A stretch of 64,000 nt of DNA from the human T2T-CHM13v2.0 reference genome, Homo sapiens, in assembly GCF_009914755.1 (NCBI RefSeq), contig NC_060933.1; one strand, written 5' to 3'. Positions 39,434 through 64,000 of the stretch are shown piece by piece. Both the position numbers and the translations under genes were made by a program. A model generated the notes under the pieces. The model did not search any database. It saw nothing but the letters and a program-made list of their open reading frames with translations, and was not told the DNA's origin. Position 1 is the stretch's first letter, and every line of letters begins with the position of its first letter.

Positions 39434-41444
39434 AAAAATAGGCATTAAAAAAACTATTTGGGGAACAACTGAAGAAATCTGAATACAGCTAGATACCAGA
39501 GGATATGCAATCATCATCCATTCTGGTTGTGGTGATGGACGAAGGAGAATGTGCTCAGAGAGGCAAACTGACAAGTACTTCCATGAGTTCCACTGCCCTC
39601 AAAATAAAAAGCTTGGGATAAAAGAGTTACATGGACTGAGAATGGGCCGGGGCTTAGCAATGTGGAGGCCACTGGTGACCTTAATAGGTGTAGTTTTGCT
39701 AGAGTCATGGAGACAAAACCTGTCTGACGTAGGCCCAAGAGAGAACTGCAAATGGTTATCAGCTGCTTCCCCGTGGAGCTCTGCTGCCAAGGCCATGAGC
39801 TGGAGAGGAAAAAAGGTCAGCAGAGCGGCTTGGCTTTAAGAAGGAGAAATAACTTGATTTTCACATGGGAATGATGGTCCTGGCCAAGCAGAAAATGAAG
39901 CTGATGGCAGGTCTTATCGCTCAGGATTTTAGGAACAGGGTAAGTGGGATCCCACCACAAAGTCTGGCCAGTTCCTTCCGGGCTCTCGCTTCATATATGC
40001 TTCCATCTGGTTGTAATCTTTTTCTTCCTCAGTGGTTAAGTACAAGGCATTTCCACAGCTAAAATAGTGCGGGAACAGATCACCACACGTATCAATGGGG
40101 AAATTCTCCCTCAGAGGGGAAGCAACTTCCCTAGGCCACCCCAGAAGCCAGGTCCAGAGCCAGGACTGGGCCTCAAGCTCCTGTCTGTCTGGTGCCTTCT
40201 GCTTGGCTGTGGGGTTCTCTGGTTCAGGTGGTGATGGGTCAGCTGTGTTCTTACCTGTCCCCAAGGCTGGATCCTGGGCTGTCACCTCATTCATACATCG
40301 GGAAAGATGATGGCCTCCCCCATGAGAAGATGAAGCACATGGATGGTGCTGGAGGAACTGGGGTGGGGTGCTCCCCCACAGTGCTCCCCCATACTTCCTG
40401 TGGACGAACTGTGCTCCCCCCACACTTCCTGCCCAGTGTTGTGACTTCTGCATTTCTAAGGTGAGCCTGGCACCAAAAGACACTGGGTCTAGACTTCCAT
40501 CAGGTTCAAGTTCTGATTCCTGCCACTTCACTTCCTAGCTCTGTGGCCGTGGTACACCTCACCCCTTCTAAGTCCACATCCTCTCCTCTCTAAAATACCG
40601 GCACTAGGAGCACCGGCTCTGGTAGCAGTGAGGATGAGATGCCAGCAGAGGCACAGGTGCCTGGATGTGCAATGATGGCAGCAGGTCCATTCACTGAATA
40701 CTGGGGACCTACCAGGTGCCAATGAGGAGAGAGTGACCTTGGGCCAGGCTGTCCAGGCAGAGCTGAGGAGCTGCTGCTCGGACAACTGCTGGGAGACCAA
40801 GGATGGTCCTGGACTGACAAGGAATGAGGAAGAAAGAGCAGCAATGCAAAAAAGTGGCGGTGTTTTAATCAAGTCTCATTACAACGGCAGAATTAGGAAT
40901 GAGTCCCACCTAGCTTCCACATGCGTGGGCAGCAGCTGTCACACGGGCCTGTCGTGGCACTCAGCCCATGGCACAGACATATGTGGCTCAGGGCAAGAAC
41001 CAGTGGATGGGGCTCTGCACAGGAACGCTGGCCTCGGGATGGGAGACCCGGCCTGCCCAACACTGCTCAGAGCCCCTCCCAACTCTGACAACAGGCTCGG
41101 GTCAGGACTCCCCGAAATCAGGCACCCTCCTGCCCCACTGCTGAGATCCCCAACGGGCCAGACCTAGCTTGGAAACTTTCTTCCACCTGGCTGGCCAGGA
41201 AGGCAGCAAACAGAGATGATGACTCGGAATGATGGGCTATTCGGAAATGGCTAGGGAAACAACTGTTTCCCTACTGTCCTGGCGGGACCCACCCTGGGCT
41301 AACGGGCTTCCCAAGGAAGTCCTAGTGGCTCTGGGGTCCTGAAGTCCCCAAATGGGAACCTAGGCTGAGAGAAGCAAGGCTGTGAGGGCATCCAAAGGGC
41401 TGCCTCAGGTTTTGTTCCTGAGAACGAAGCGTGGCCCCGGAGGC

Positions 41445-44400
41445 TCAGGCGTGCTCAGTGGGGCCAGGGCCACCAGCATGGGAGTGGGCAGGGGCTGCCA
41501 CCTGTAGGGGGCCAGCACTGGGCTCCGGGGACGCCAGCAGAGGGGCCGAGAGGCCATCAGCAGAGTCTGTGTCGAGGTCCAGCCTCCCGTAAGCTTCGCA
41601 CAGAGGCAGGTCATTAGCTTCGCAAAGGCTTGAGCTTTTCCACCACCAGAAACCCCAGGGAGAGACAGGAGCAGGCAGAGAGGAAAGCCAGGGGAGGGGA
41701 GAGCAAGACAGAAGCAGAGTTAAGAAAACACGACCACACCCCAGACCTGCCTTTCCCTTTCTCCACTCCTGCTCCATCTGTCCCCTGAGTTGGCAGGCCT
41801 GGCAAGGAGAGGCGGCCAGTGGTGAGAGCCACCCTAGCATTCTGAAAGGAGGAAGCCGCCCTGGCCCAACCACCAACAGCTGTGTGACCTCAGCAGGCCC
41901 TTCCTGCCCAGCCTCCACGTGGGCCTGTCCTAGCCTATGCCTCCCAGCTGGTGCTGGTCCCCCTCCTCTTGCAAAAAGCTGTCAGCCTGGCCACCCTCCC
42001 TCCTCCCTGACTGCAGAAACCCCAGTGTCACTACACTGCAAAGAGCTCTCTGAGGGCAGACTGTGTTCTTTCTGGGTCTGTCCCTGCCTGAGACTTAGCC
42101 TGAAGGGGGCGACAGTTGGGAACACAGGCCCTGGCACTTCCCGATAGCCCTACATCAGCCAGGCGGCCTCCAGCAGGCGTCCCCACCTCTAACACGGGGA
42201 ATCCTCACGGCAGCCAGGATGCAGGTGAAGAGCTCAGCTAGCCCTTCCCATGCCCGCAGCTGTGACAATCCACGCTCGCCTCTTTCTAACCTGCAGGCAG
42301 GGGCCCTGGCTTTCCCGCGGCCTGCCTCGCCCCTGGCTTCCTCCCTTGCTCCTGCCCTCAGTGTTCAGTCTCAGAACCGTCCTGGGCACAGAGTGGCATC
42401 CCGAGGAAAGCAAAGGAGAGGCAGAGCCAGAAAGAGCAACTAACAAGCAGAGAGGGGGCAGGCGAGCACAGAGGCGCAGCTCATGCGGAACAGGGCAGGG
42501 CAGGGCAGGGAGCGGAGCGCCCTTTGGGGGACCAGCAAGAAGGGGCAGAGGAAACTCGGCCAGGACCTGGTCGCTTAAAGGCAATGTACAGAGGAGGGCA
42601 ACTGCTTCTGCCACAGGGGCTGTGTGAGGCCCCCCAGGGGGCGCTGGTGTGGACAGGAGGCCTGCGGGAGGGGACACAGGCTGGCCTGGAAGCCCCGCTG
42701 GGTGAAGCTGAGGGACTGTTGGGGGAGGGCATGGGAAGCCTGGCACAGATGTCCTGGGTTTGCGCCCTGCTCTGCTGCAGGGCCGTGAGCAGGTTCCCTC
42801 TCTCCCTGCCCCAAGGCAAGGCAGGCAGGCTGAATTACAGGCCCACAGCTGCTCTGTGCAGGGGCCCTCAGGGACGGTGGCTGCCTCAAAGAGACCGACA
42901 AACTGAACAGCTGTGGAAGGAGATGCCCAGAAGGGTCTGAAACACCCCAGGACCCCTCTCAGCCACCCTAGTGTGGAGGAAATGCTGCCTCATGTCTGCT
43001 GAGTTAATGAGTACTGGGGACCAAAGATTCCCTCAGAACCCCCTGGAAAACTCTAGGACTGCTGCAGCTCAGCAGTGCCACTGAGCCCAGGGCAGGGAAA
43101 CCAAGCCCCAGGTCATGCTGGCTCTGGATATCTGTGGCTCCCAGCATGGCCAATGGGCAGAAAGGAGTATTTTAAATCCACCACCAGGAAGGAAAGGTTT
43201 GTCCAGGAGAAGGCACAAGATGGACATGGACTCTGCATCTGCTGGACTGAATCTTGATTTTCTAAGCTAATGGGGCAGAGTGGAAGGCCTCCCTGTCTCC
43301 AGCCTAAGTTTCCCCCTAAGTAAATGATACGTAGACTCTGATTTCTCAGGGCCCCTCCAGCTCAAACGGTCGAAGGTTTCAGCTTCTTACGGAGCCCCAC
43401 AAGGGTCAGGATGATGGGTTTTGACCCTTCTGCATCCCTGGGACCCAGCACGGGGCCTGGCACGTAGGTTGGCTCCAGCTCCGTGGATAAGGCTGAGTGG
43501 GTCACGAATTGGAGCTCCAATGGCTTTCAAGGCCATTCCCTGCCTGGGCTTCATCCCCCACATTCCCATGACTGTCCCTGCCTCCACACTGGGGTTTGGT
43601 GACATCCACATGGAATTGCATCCCTGGTGCCCTGGACATAGGTGTGGACCTGACTGCCCAAAAAAGGCTGGCCCAGCCTTGGCTGAAATCTCTACATATG
43701 GATTCAGAAGGTAACAGGAGCAGCACAGCCCCAGAACGCACTGCCCGAGGAGGAAGGCTCTCGGAAGAGGGCCTGCGGGGGATACAGCCAGGCGCCTCCC
43801 TTCTCCAGACTCGGCCTATCCGACTGGCGTGAGTCCTGTGGTTTTCATCACATTGCACTGTGGGAAAGGCCCAGGGCCCTGGCATATGGATGTGAATTGT
43901 CTGTCGGTCAAACGCTCTGGCCAGGAGCTCTGCTCTGAAACCCAGGCATGGCTCCACTGCTAAGACCAGCAAGAATTTGAAAAAGCAGAAGGCAGCCCTG
44001 CCTGCTGGCCAGGCCCAGGTAGGCAGGCTCCCGCTCTGCATGGGGAGTCCAGCGCTATTTATACCTGGACGAGTAATACTCCTCCTCCAGCTCGTAGAGG
44101 TCAATGGAGATCTCGTCTCGCAGCGTGATGAGCTTCCGGTCGCACTCCTCCTGCAGTGTGCGCAGCTGCTGGTTGCGCTGGTCAATGGCCTCGTTCACGG
44201 AGGGGAAGTCATTGAGGATCAGGAACTGCTTGAGGTCGGACACCAGCTTCATCAGGGACTCGCCGGCTCGGACCTGTGGCCATCAGAACCAGGGCGGGCA
44301 CAGGGTGAGGGGGGACAGCGGCCTTGCCTACAGGTAGCTGATGCTGGGCAAGGGATGGCCTCTCTAGGAGCCTCAGCTTCCTCATCTGCAAAGTGGGACT

Positions 44401-46602
44401 CTACCCCTGACCTCCACAGGTTCATGTGTGAGAATTAAGTGAGAAAACTGGGATGTCAGTTCTGCAGGGCAGGCCCTCCCCTCTCGTCAGCCTCTGGCTT
44501 CCACTCCTGCAGGACTGGCCTCCAGTCCAATTATGCAGGTGTACATTCTGCTCATGAAAAACTCAAACCCCACAGATAAAACTGCGATCCCATTTTGCCT
44601 CCTGCCCCGGGGTAGGATTAACATGGCTGCCAGCTGGGCAGAGCTCCTGTGGGACCTTTTTCCATGCATTTTGAGCCCTGGACGTGCACCTGCGGAATTA
44701 TCTGCTTGCTGTGTTTCTCCTGTGATCCGAAGGAATCCAATGGCGCCTACAGTTCCATTCGGCTGTTTGTCTTTTCACTCACAACTGACCTTAGGAACTC
44801 CTGAGTTAGCAGGAAGGGCTACCCTCTTTCTGGCCACTGCACGGCTACAGGACGGGCATGGGTGGCTCTCTGCCCAGCCCTCCTCCAAGTGCCCCACGTG
44901 AGGACAGTCTCCTGAGAAATGATTTGCCCCCACCTCATTCTTTAAAGCTGCCGAGTGGTGAAACCAAAGCATCTCTACATTTGCCTCCTTCTGCTCCTTC
45001 TCGGGGGAAGAAGACCAGACCAGCCCCAGAGCCCCCTCCACTCCACCCAGGAAACCTGAGGGGACTGATGCTCTTGGAGCCCAGGCCGTGCCCTCCACCC
45101 TGGCCACTCACGATGTTGGCGGCTCGCACATGCATCTCGTAATTGTCCTGTTCACCCTGAGTGGCCCGTGACACCTGCGTCTCGTCCTCAATCTGGGGGA
45201 AAACAAGAAAACCTAGAAATCAACCCAGCCAAGGCATCCCCACCCCTGGCCCGGCCCAGCCCAGCTTACGGTAACTGTCATCTACCCAGGATGTCCACAC
45301 TGGCCACAACCTGTCTGTGGTGCCATCTACAGACCTAAGCGCTGTCAGCCAGACCTCTGACAAGGTTCAATTCCACCCTCTCTTGTTCTGGCCATGGGAG
45401 ACAACATGCACCTTTGCTCAAGACAAATAGAGGCAACCCACGCTGCTTGCTGTGCTAGGTGCAGGGATGGGGGCTTATCTTGGCCCGGTCTTTTTGGGCT
45501 GTGGGAGCCCTGTTTGGTAGGAACCGTTGTCACTTGCTTGGCATTTGGTAAACTGTTGGATGAGTGAAGGGATGATTTAAGTTTTTTTTCGCGACCATTT
45601 CCTGATCACTTCCCAGGTGCCAGGCTGTGTCATGCACTTGACCACCATTAACCCATGCCAGTTTCACAGAAGCCTGGCCTGCCACCCCTGGTGTATAGGT
45701 GGCCAAGCGAGGCTGGATGGGGCTTCCCGGCAGGCCTTGCAAAGGCTCAGTTCGGGGTGGGTGTCAGGTACCCTCAGTGGTTAAGACCCAGACTTCGTGG
45801 GTTCAAATCCTGGCTCAGCCAGTTGTGAGCTGAGTGACCTTGGGCAAGTCACTAAGTCTCCTGGGCCTGGGTTTCCTCCTGAAATGAAGAGGACAACAGT
45901 GCCCACCTCACAGAGTCCTCATGAAGATTCAGCAGAACAAGCACAGATAACCTCACAACGTGGCTTGATACATGGCAAGCACTAAGTACATGCTAGCTTC
46001 CATCCTCATCATCATCGCTTATGGAGCCTGCCAGGTCTGCAGCAGCCAGGAGGGATCCAGCCCAATCTGATGCAGCTGTAGCTGCAGTGGTCAGCAGGCT
46101 TGCAGGCCCCAGTGCTGACCGCTCCACCTGCCTGGAGGCCACCCCCCACTTCTCCCCTCAGTCTGCTTTTCTCCTGCTCATTGGCTGTGTGCCAGGCCCC
46201 GAGGTAACTGTTTTACACAGATAAACTCACCAGTCATCACAAGGACCCCACCATGCAGGAGAAACTGAGGCACTAAAAAGTGAAATCTCCATCCAAATCC
46301 ATACTGTTAGTAAGGGCTGGACGTGCCATTATTTGGTTTGCTTATCTACTGACCAGCTCCCTGTGCACTGGGTGCTTCCTGCCTAGAACACTATTCACTC
46401 GCGCTGCTCAGCCCCTGGCCTCTCCTGTCTCCACCCCTTCTCAGACTCTGCTCCCCTTGGTGGGCCACCCCACCCCCACCTTGGCGGTCTTGATGATCTC
46501 GGTGAAGTTGTCCATGATGGACTTAATGTCGTCCTTCAGCCGCTTGTTGTAGGACTGCAGCAGCGTCTCCTTGCTCTGGGGCAGGGCTCTCTGCTGGGCC
46601 AT
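41445..46602 (-). CDS. MED22: Mediator subunit 22 (SURF5): 200-aa long isoform; 140-aa short isoform stops at 44055
   Basis: Coding exons 46602-46480, 45192-45112, 44273-44065, 41634-41445 (603 nt); non-coding exon 1 donor at ~47861; ATTAAA at 40864-40869. Confidence 0.97.
45770..46000 (+). mobile_element. MIR SINE
   Basis: gggttcaaatcctggctc...gtgaccttgggcaagtcactaa core motif. Confidence 0.7.
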
Positions 46603-47160
46603 GGCTGAGCCTCAAGCAGCGCAGCGGGGAGACCTGGGACCTAGAGTGCAGCACAGACCTCTGAGTGCAGGCAGAGTCTACCCCAGCCACCCTCTATGCC
46701 CCAACCTTAGCAGAACACGCAGATTTCTGGGGATTCCCTTTCTGCCAAATAAAGTCAATCACTGAAACACAGATGAACTCATTCCATCAGCAGACACCGC
46801 AGGGGGTGCCAGGACTGGCCCCGCCTTTGCCAGAGCAAGCTCATCCTGGAACTCCTGGCCAGCCCTCCAAGCCCTGTCCAGGGCTCCAGTCCAGACTTCA
46901 CGTCCAGGCCCACAGCGTGTCCCAGGGAGCCCTGCAAACTCAACACCAGCTCCCCGTCCCCAGCCCTTGGCTTAACTTCTTAGCCCGCCGCCACCTTCGC
47001 CACGCCCTCCCATCCGAAGAGTCCTTCCAATTCGACCCCTCTGCACCGCCTACATCCACGCTTTCCTTCCACTCCCACTCAGGCTGCCCCGCTCCAGACC
47101 TCATCCCTGCACTGCGGGCCCCGCTCCCTCCAGTCTCTGCGCGGCAGGGAAGAGGTCCTA

Positions 47161-47784
<624 letters not shown>

Positions 47785-48150
47785 CTACGCACCCACCCAC
47801 CCCCACTCCCGCCCACACACCCACCCCCCCTCCATCCCCACCCCCCACCACACCCTCATACCCGCCCCAGCGCCCGCACACCAGACGCCGCGTCCGCCGG
47901 GTCGGCCTAGGGCGGGGTGGTCAAGTGCCTCTGCGACCCGCACTTTCCCGCGTCTCTCCCACGGCCTGGCCCTCCCGCCGCAGTCTCTCTTCCCCGCCGC
48001 GCCGCGGTCCGAAAACCTAGTCAGCCGCCGCAGCCTCTCAGCCCCGCCTCGATTTTTAGCTTTATAGGAATGCTGTTGCTTTAAATCCGAAATCCCGTGC
48101 CGGTATCAACTCTCGCGATCTCCGAGGCCGCATACATATTACCCACAATT

Positions 48151-48172
48151 CCCTTTCCTTTCTCTCTCCTCC
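48151..48172 (+). promoter_or_regulatory. 5' TOP / polypyrimidine initiator of RPL7A
   Basis: ccctttcctttctctctcctcc just upstream of ATG 48184. Confidence 0.85.
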
Positions 48173-48183
48173 CGCCGCCCAAG

Positions 48184-51306
<3,123 letters not shown>

Positions 51307-51420
51307 ATGTACACTGTTGAGTTTTCTGTACATAAAAATAATTGAAATAATACAAATTTTCCTTCAGCCAGTGTCTGTTGAGTATCTCGGGTTGAATCTT
51401 ACTTGGGGTTAGCAAGTATC

Positions 51421-51615
51421 TTTTTGAGACACAGCCTCACTCTGTCGCCCAGGCTGGAGTGCAGTGGTGTGATGTCAAAGCAACCTTCGCCTCCCAGGTT
51501 TAGGATATTCTGGTGCCTCAGCATCCCAACTGGCTGGCCCATATTTGTGTTTTTGGTAGAGATGGGGTTTCACCATGTTAGCCAGGCTGGTCTGAGCTCC
51601 TGACCGCACCCGGCC
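51421..51615 (-). mobile_element. Internally deleted Alu between the RPL7A and SURF1 3' ends
   Basis: Reverse-complement Alu with deletions. Confidence 0.8.
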
Positions 51616-51852
51616 CTTCCCACCCTTAAATACATTCTTAAACCAGGCATTTTGTTCCCTAGAGATGTAACTTGCATATCAAGTTTTGGGAAAGTTCTTT
51701 GGACTGAAACCAAGCCAGGATTTTATGATGAACCAGTCATGAGCTCATTTAAGGTAGAAGGCCAGAACTTTATACCAGTAGCACATGATCCAGCATAAAG
51801 GCAGTCTTGAAATACTGCATTATCCAGGGACAGGGCTTCAGCAGCTGATCTG

Positions 51853-61091
<9,239 letters not shown>

Positions 61092-61093
<2 letters not shown>

Positions 61094-61097
61094 TAAA
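61092..61097 (+). terminator. SURF2 poly(A) signal overlapping the stop codon
   Basis: GGT TAATAAA. Confidence 0.8.
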
Positions 61098-61434
61098 AGC
61101 ACATGCCGTGAAGTTTCGAGAAAGCCTTCAGATATTTCCCCCGCTCCTGATCAAACCGTGTGTCCTCTGAATGATCGGCTGTCCCCAGTGTCTTCTCTAC
61201 CCACTTATCCTTGTCTCATGACATCTGCTGCCCTCTAAGGCAGGGCTGAGGGAGTCTGTCCCCCACACCCAGGAAGCAGCAGGGACTCTGAGGGACTAAT
61301 TCTCTCTGGACATGGCTTCTGAGTGGTCTTCAGAGAAGCCTAGAGAAGTAACCTCGCTCACTGGCATCCTGAGGGGAGCCCCATTCAGGCTGGGCAACGC
61401 TATAGGATCACACTGCATACAACAAACGCCATTA

Positions 61435-61440
61435 TTTATT
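61435..61440 (-). terminator. SURF4 poly(A) signal
   Basis: tttatt = AATAAA on the minus strand, ~2 kb after the stop codon. Confidence 0.7.
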
Positions 61441-63446
61441 TTGATGTGTTTCCAAAAATCAAAACGTTTTCAAACACAACTAAGATATAAAATACAGCAT
61501 AAAATGAGATTTAGATCTGTTTCCCACATAAAGCAAAAAAATCTTAGAAATTGTTTTGCCAGAATCAATTGGTAGATCCCACTTATCCTCCCCTCCCTGC
61601 AAAGGCATCTTCCCGAATCAGGCCCTAGCCCACCCAGGGCCAGGAGAAACAGGAACACCCACTAGGACGGAGGCGCTGCTGGTGCAGAACTGGTGCTGAC
61701 TGCTCACGTGGCCTCCTTTGGTCCACCCTACTTTCCACCAATCAGCCAACCAACCTTGACCACAGAGAAACCGTGACTTGGCCAAGGTCATTTGATGGGG
61801 GCTGTCATACGGCACTAACAGGGAGCGAGGTGTGGACCAAGAGACAGCCCTGGTGAGGTTGAAACACTGAGACAAGCCAGTCTTCATGCAGTGAGCACTT
61901 GAATGATCACAGGAGAAGAGAACCCATGTCCTGAAGCCATTGATCGATCTTACCAATATTCGGGGGTAAGGAAGTAGGCTACCAGGGGAATATTTGCAAA
62001 CGCGTTGGGACTAGTTCGGCTGTGTTAAAAAGGTAGGTGACTTCCAAAAGCACTTATGAGCAGAAACCTGCCTCACCCCTGCCCTGCAGAGCCAATGGAT
62101 GAGAGGCCAAGAGGGAGGCAGGCTCGGGGCTGGGCCGCAGCAGCCCTGGAGACAGGCTGAGCCAGCCTGTCCCCAGATAGGTCTAGGGGCCAGAGAGGTG
62201 TTCGACTACCCTTGTGGCATTTACTATGGTGCAGACGACAGGGAGCAACAAGCAGTTAAGCTCCCCCAAAAAGAGAAACACAGTATAAGGCAGTGTTAGA
62301 AAACTTTAAATACAGGATTAAGATCAAATCGGTAAGGCATCACAAATTGTAAAAAGGAATTTTGGCTGCATTCGGCATAGCAAACGGACAATCTGAGTGA
62401 GCGACAGCCTCAGGAAAGTGGTGTGTCGGGGCTGTCCACAGGGCGAGTGCAGCTGGGAAAGGGCGGTGCTGCTCAGCCAGGGCGGCCTGCGCTTTCGAGA
62501 CCTTGCTCAGAAAAGGCCCCATGTGAGGTAACTGGGTTGAGTCCGTGGGTCTCCAGTGCTGGGAGCTCCTGCCACACCCCCTGCCCACAGCGGCTGCGGC
62601 TCTGCAAGCTGGTCTGAGCAGCTGGCCAGGCTGGCTTGCAGGGTGCTGCTGCTGGGGCTACCCCTGTGTGGTCTCACTAGCCCTTCCCACTGCCAGCTTG
62701 GAGGCCAGCAGCACCCAGACCAGCAGCTTCCCCAAGGACTTCTTGCCCCTCCACCTTGCCTCAAGCTACTAAAACTCCCAGGGTGTTACCCAATAAAACA
62801 CTTGGCACCAATCCAAGCTGATTTTCTGACCGATGACTTTTATCATAAACAGCAGCTTCTACCACCCCTTTAATACTGCATCATTCTTTGGGTGTCCCTA
62901 AATGTTTTCAGTATTCCTATAAAATACAATGCGGGGCAGAAACAACATCAAAGCCACTGGTGTGATTTTAAACCAGGGAGATTAACTGTTTTGAGGTTTG
63001 GCTGAACCACCCAAAATAATTTAGTAGTTTCCGCTAAAAATGTAAACTTACAAATAAGAGGGAGACTGCTTTGAATGATAATACCAATGCGTCTGCTCAC
63101 AGTACAGCTTGAAGGCCCCCTCCTGTACCCCCACAAAAAAACTCAAAAATAGGACTGAGATGCCACAGCCAAGCGGGCTGTTCACTCCAAAGCCTCGGCG
63201 TGGGGGAGGCTTCCAGCTGCCAGGCTGGCCTGCACTGAAGGGTCAGACGCCAGACTGTGGCTCCAGAGCAGACTGAGCCATCGATTCTCAGGTGTCTCTG
63301 CAAATAAAGTTCTCAAAACATCTGTGCCTTTACCAAGGGAGGGGAAGGGAAGAGGATACATAAAAGCTGGCAGTTTTGTTGAATCCACCCCGAACCAGTC
63401 CTTGACGGCCACGGGTCTTAGCCAGGCAGGTAGGGATCTGTGACTG

Positions 63447-63767
<321 letters not shown>

Positions 63768-64000
63768 TTATAAACAAAAGTTCCAGCTGCTGCACGTCAT
63801 GAAGTCTCTATCCATCAGGCTGATGTAGCTACTGCTGAGACGGCTGCTGGTGCAAGTAGGGAGATAAAAGCCAAAGGGAGGCAGGAGGCAATAAAGCACC
63901 AGCTTTGAAATGTGGAAGGTTTGGGGAAGACTGAAGTTCCCAACTAGTAACAGGCTGTGATTTACCAAGATGAATCTCTAATCCATAACTAAATTCCCAA

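Overview
Human genomic DNA, recognised as the 9q34.2 Surfeit gene cluster and its repeat-rich flank. The left half (1-30.7 kb) is mostly transposon-derived: a 5'-truncated SVA, a full-length primate L1 nested inside an older antisense L1, a solo LTR13, many Alus, a Y3-RNA pseudogene, and a two-exon tear-lipocalin (LCN1) duplicate that keeps its TATA promoter. The right half holds SURF6 (-), Y4-RNA and RPL21 retropseudogenes, MED22/SURF5 (-), RPL7A/SURF3 (+, hosting SNORD24, 36B, 36A, 36C), SURF1 (-), SURF2 (+) and the last exon of SURF4 (-). The exons of the five complete genes were assembled by hand at GT-AG sites and sum to the expected protein lengths. This is a well-studied locus and I found no convincing new biological system. 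The best leads are: (i) the truncated LCN1 copy can form a complete, NMD-insensitive two-exon ORF for a 74-aa secreted peptide; (ii) both first introns of the SURF1/SURF2 head-to-head pair are G-rich, in frame and stop-free; (iii) the L1 keeps an open ORF0 and a near-intact ORF2; (iv) twin hairpins in RPL7A intron 1. Repeat subfamily names and comparisons with consensus sequences are from memory, and Alu boundaries are approximate.
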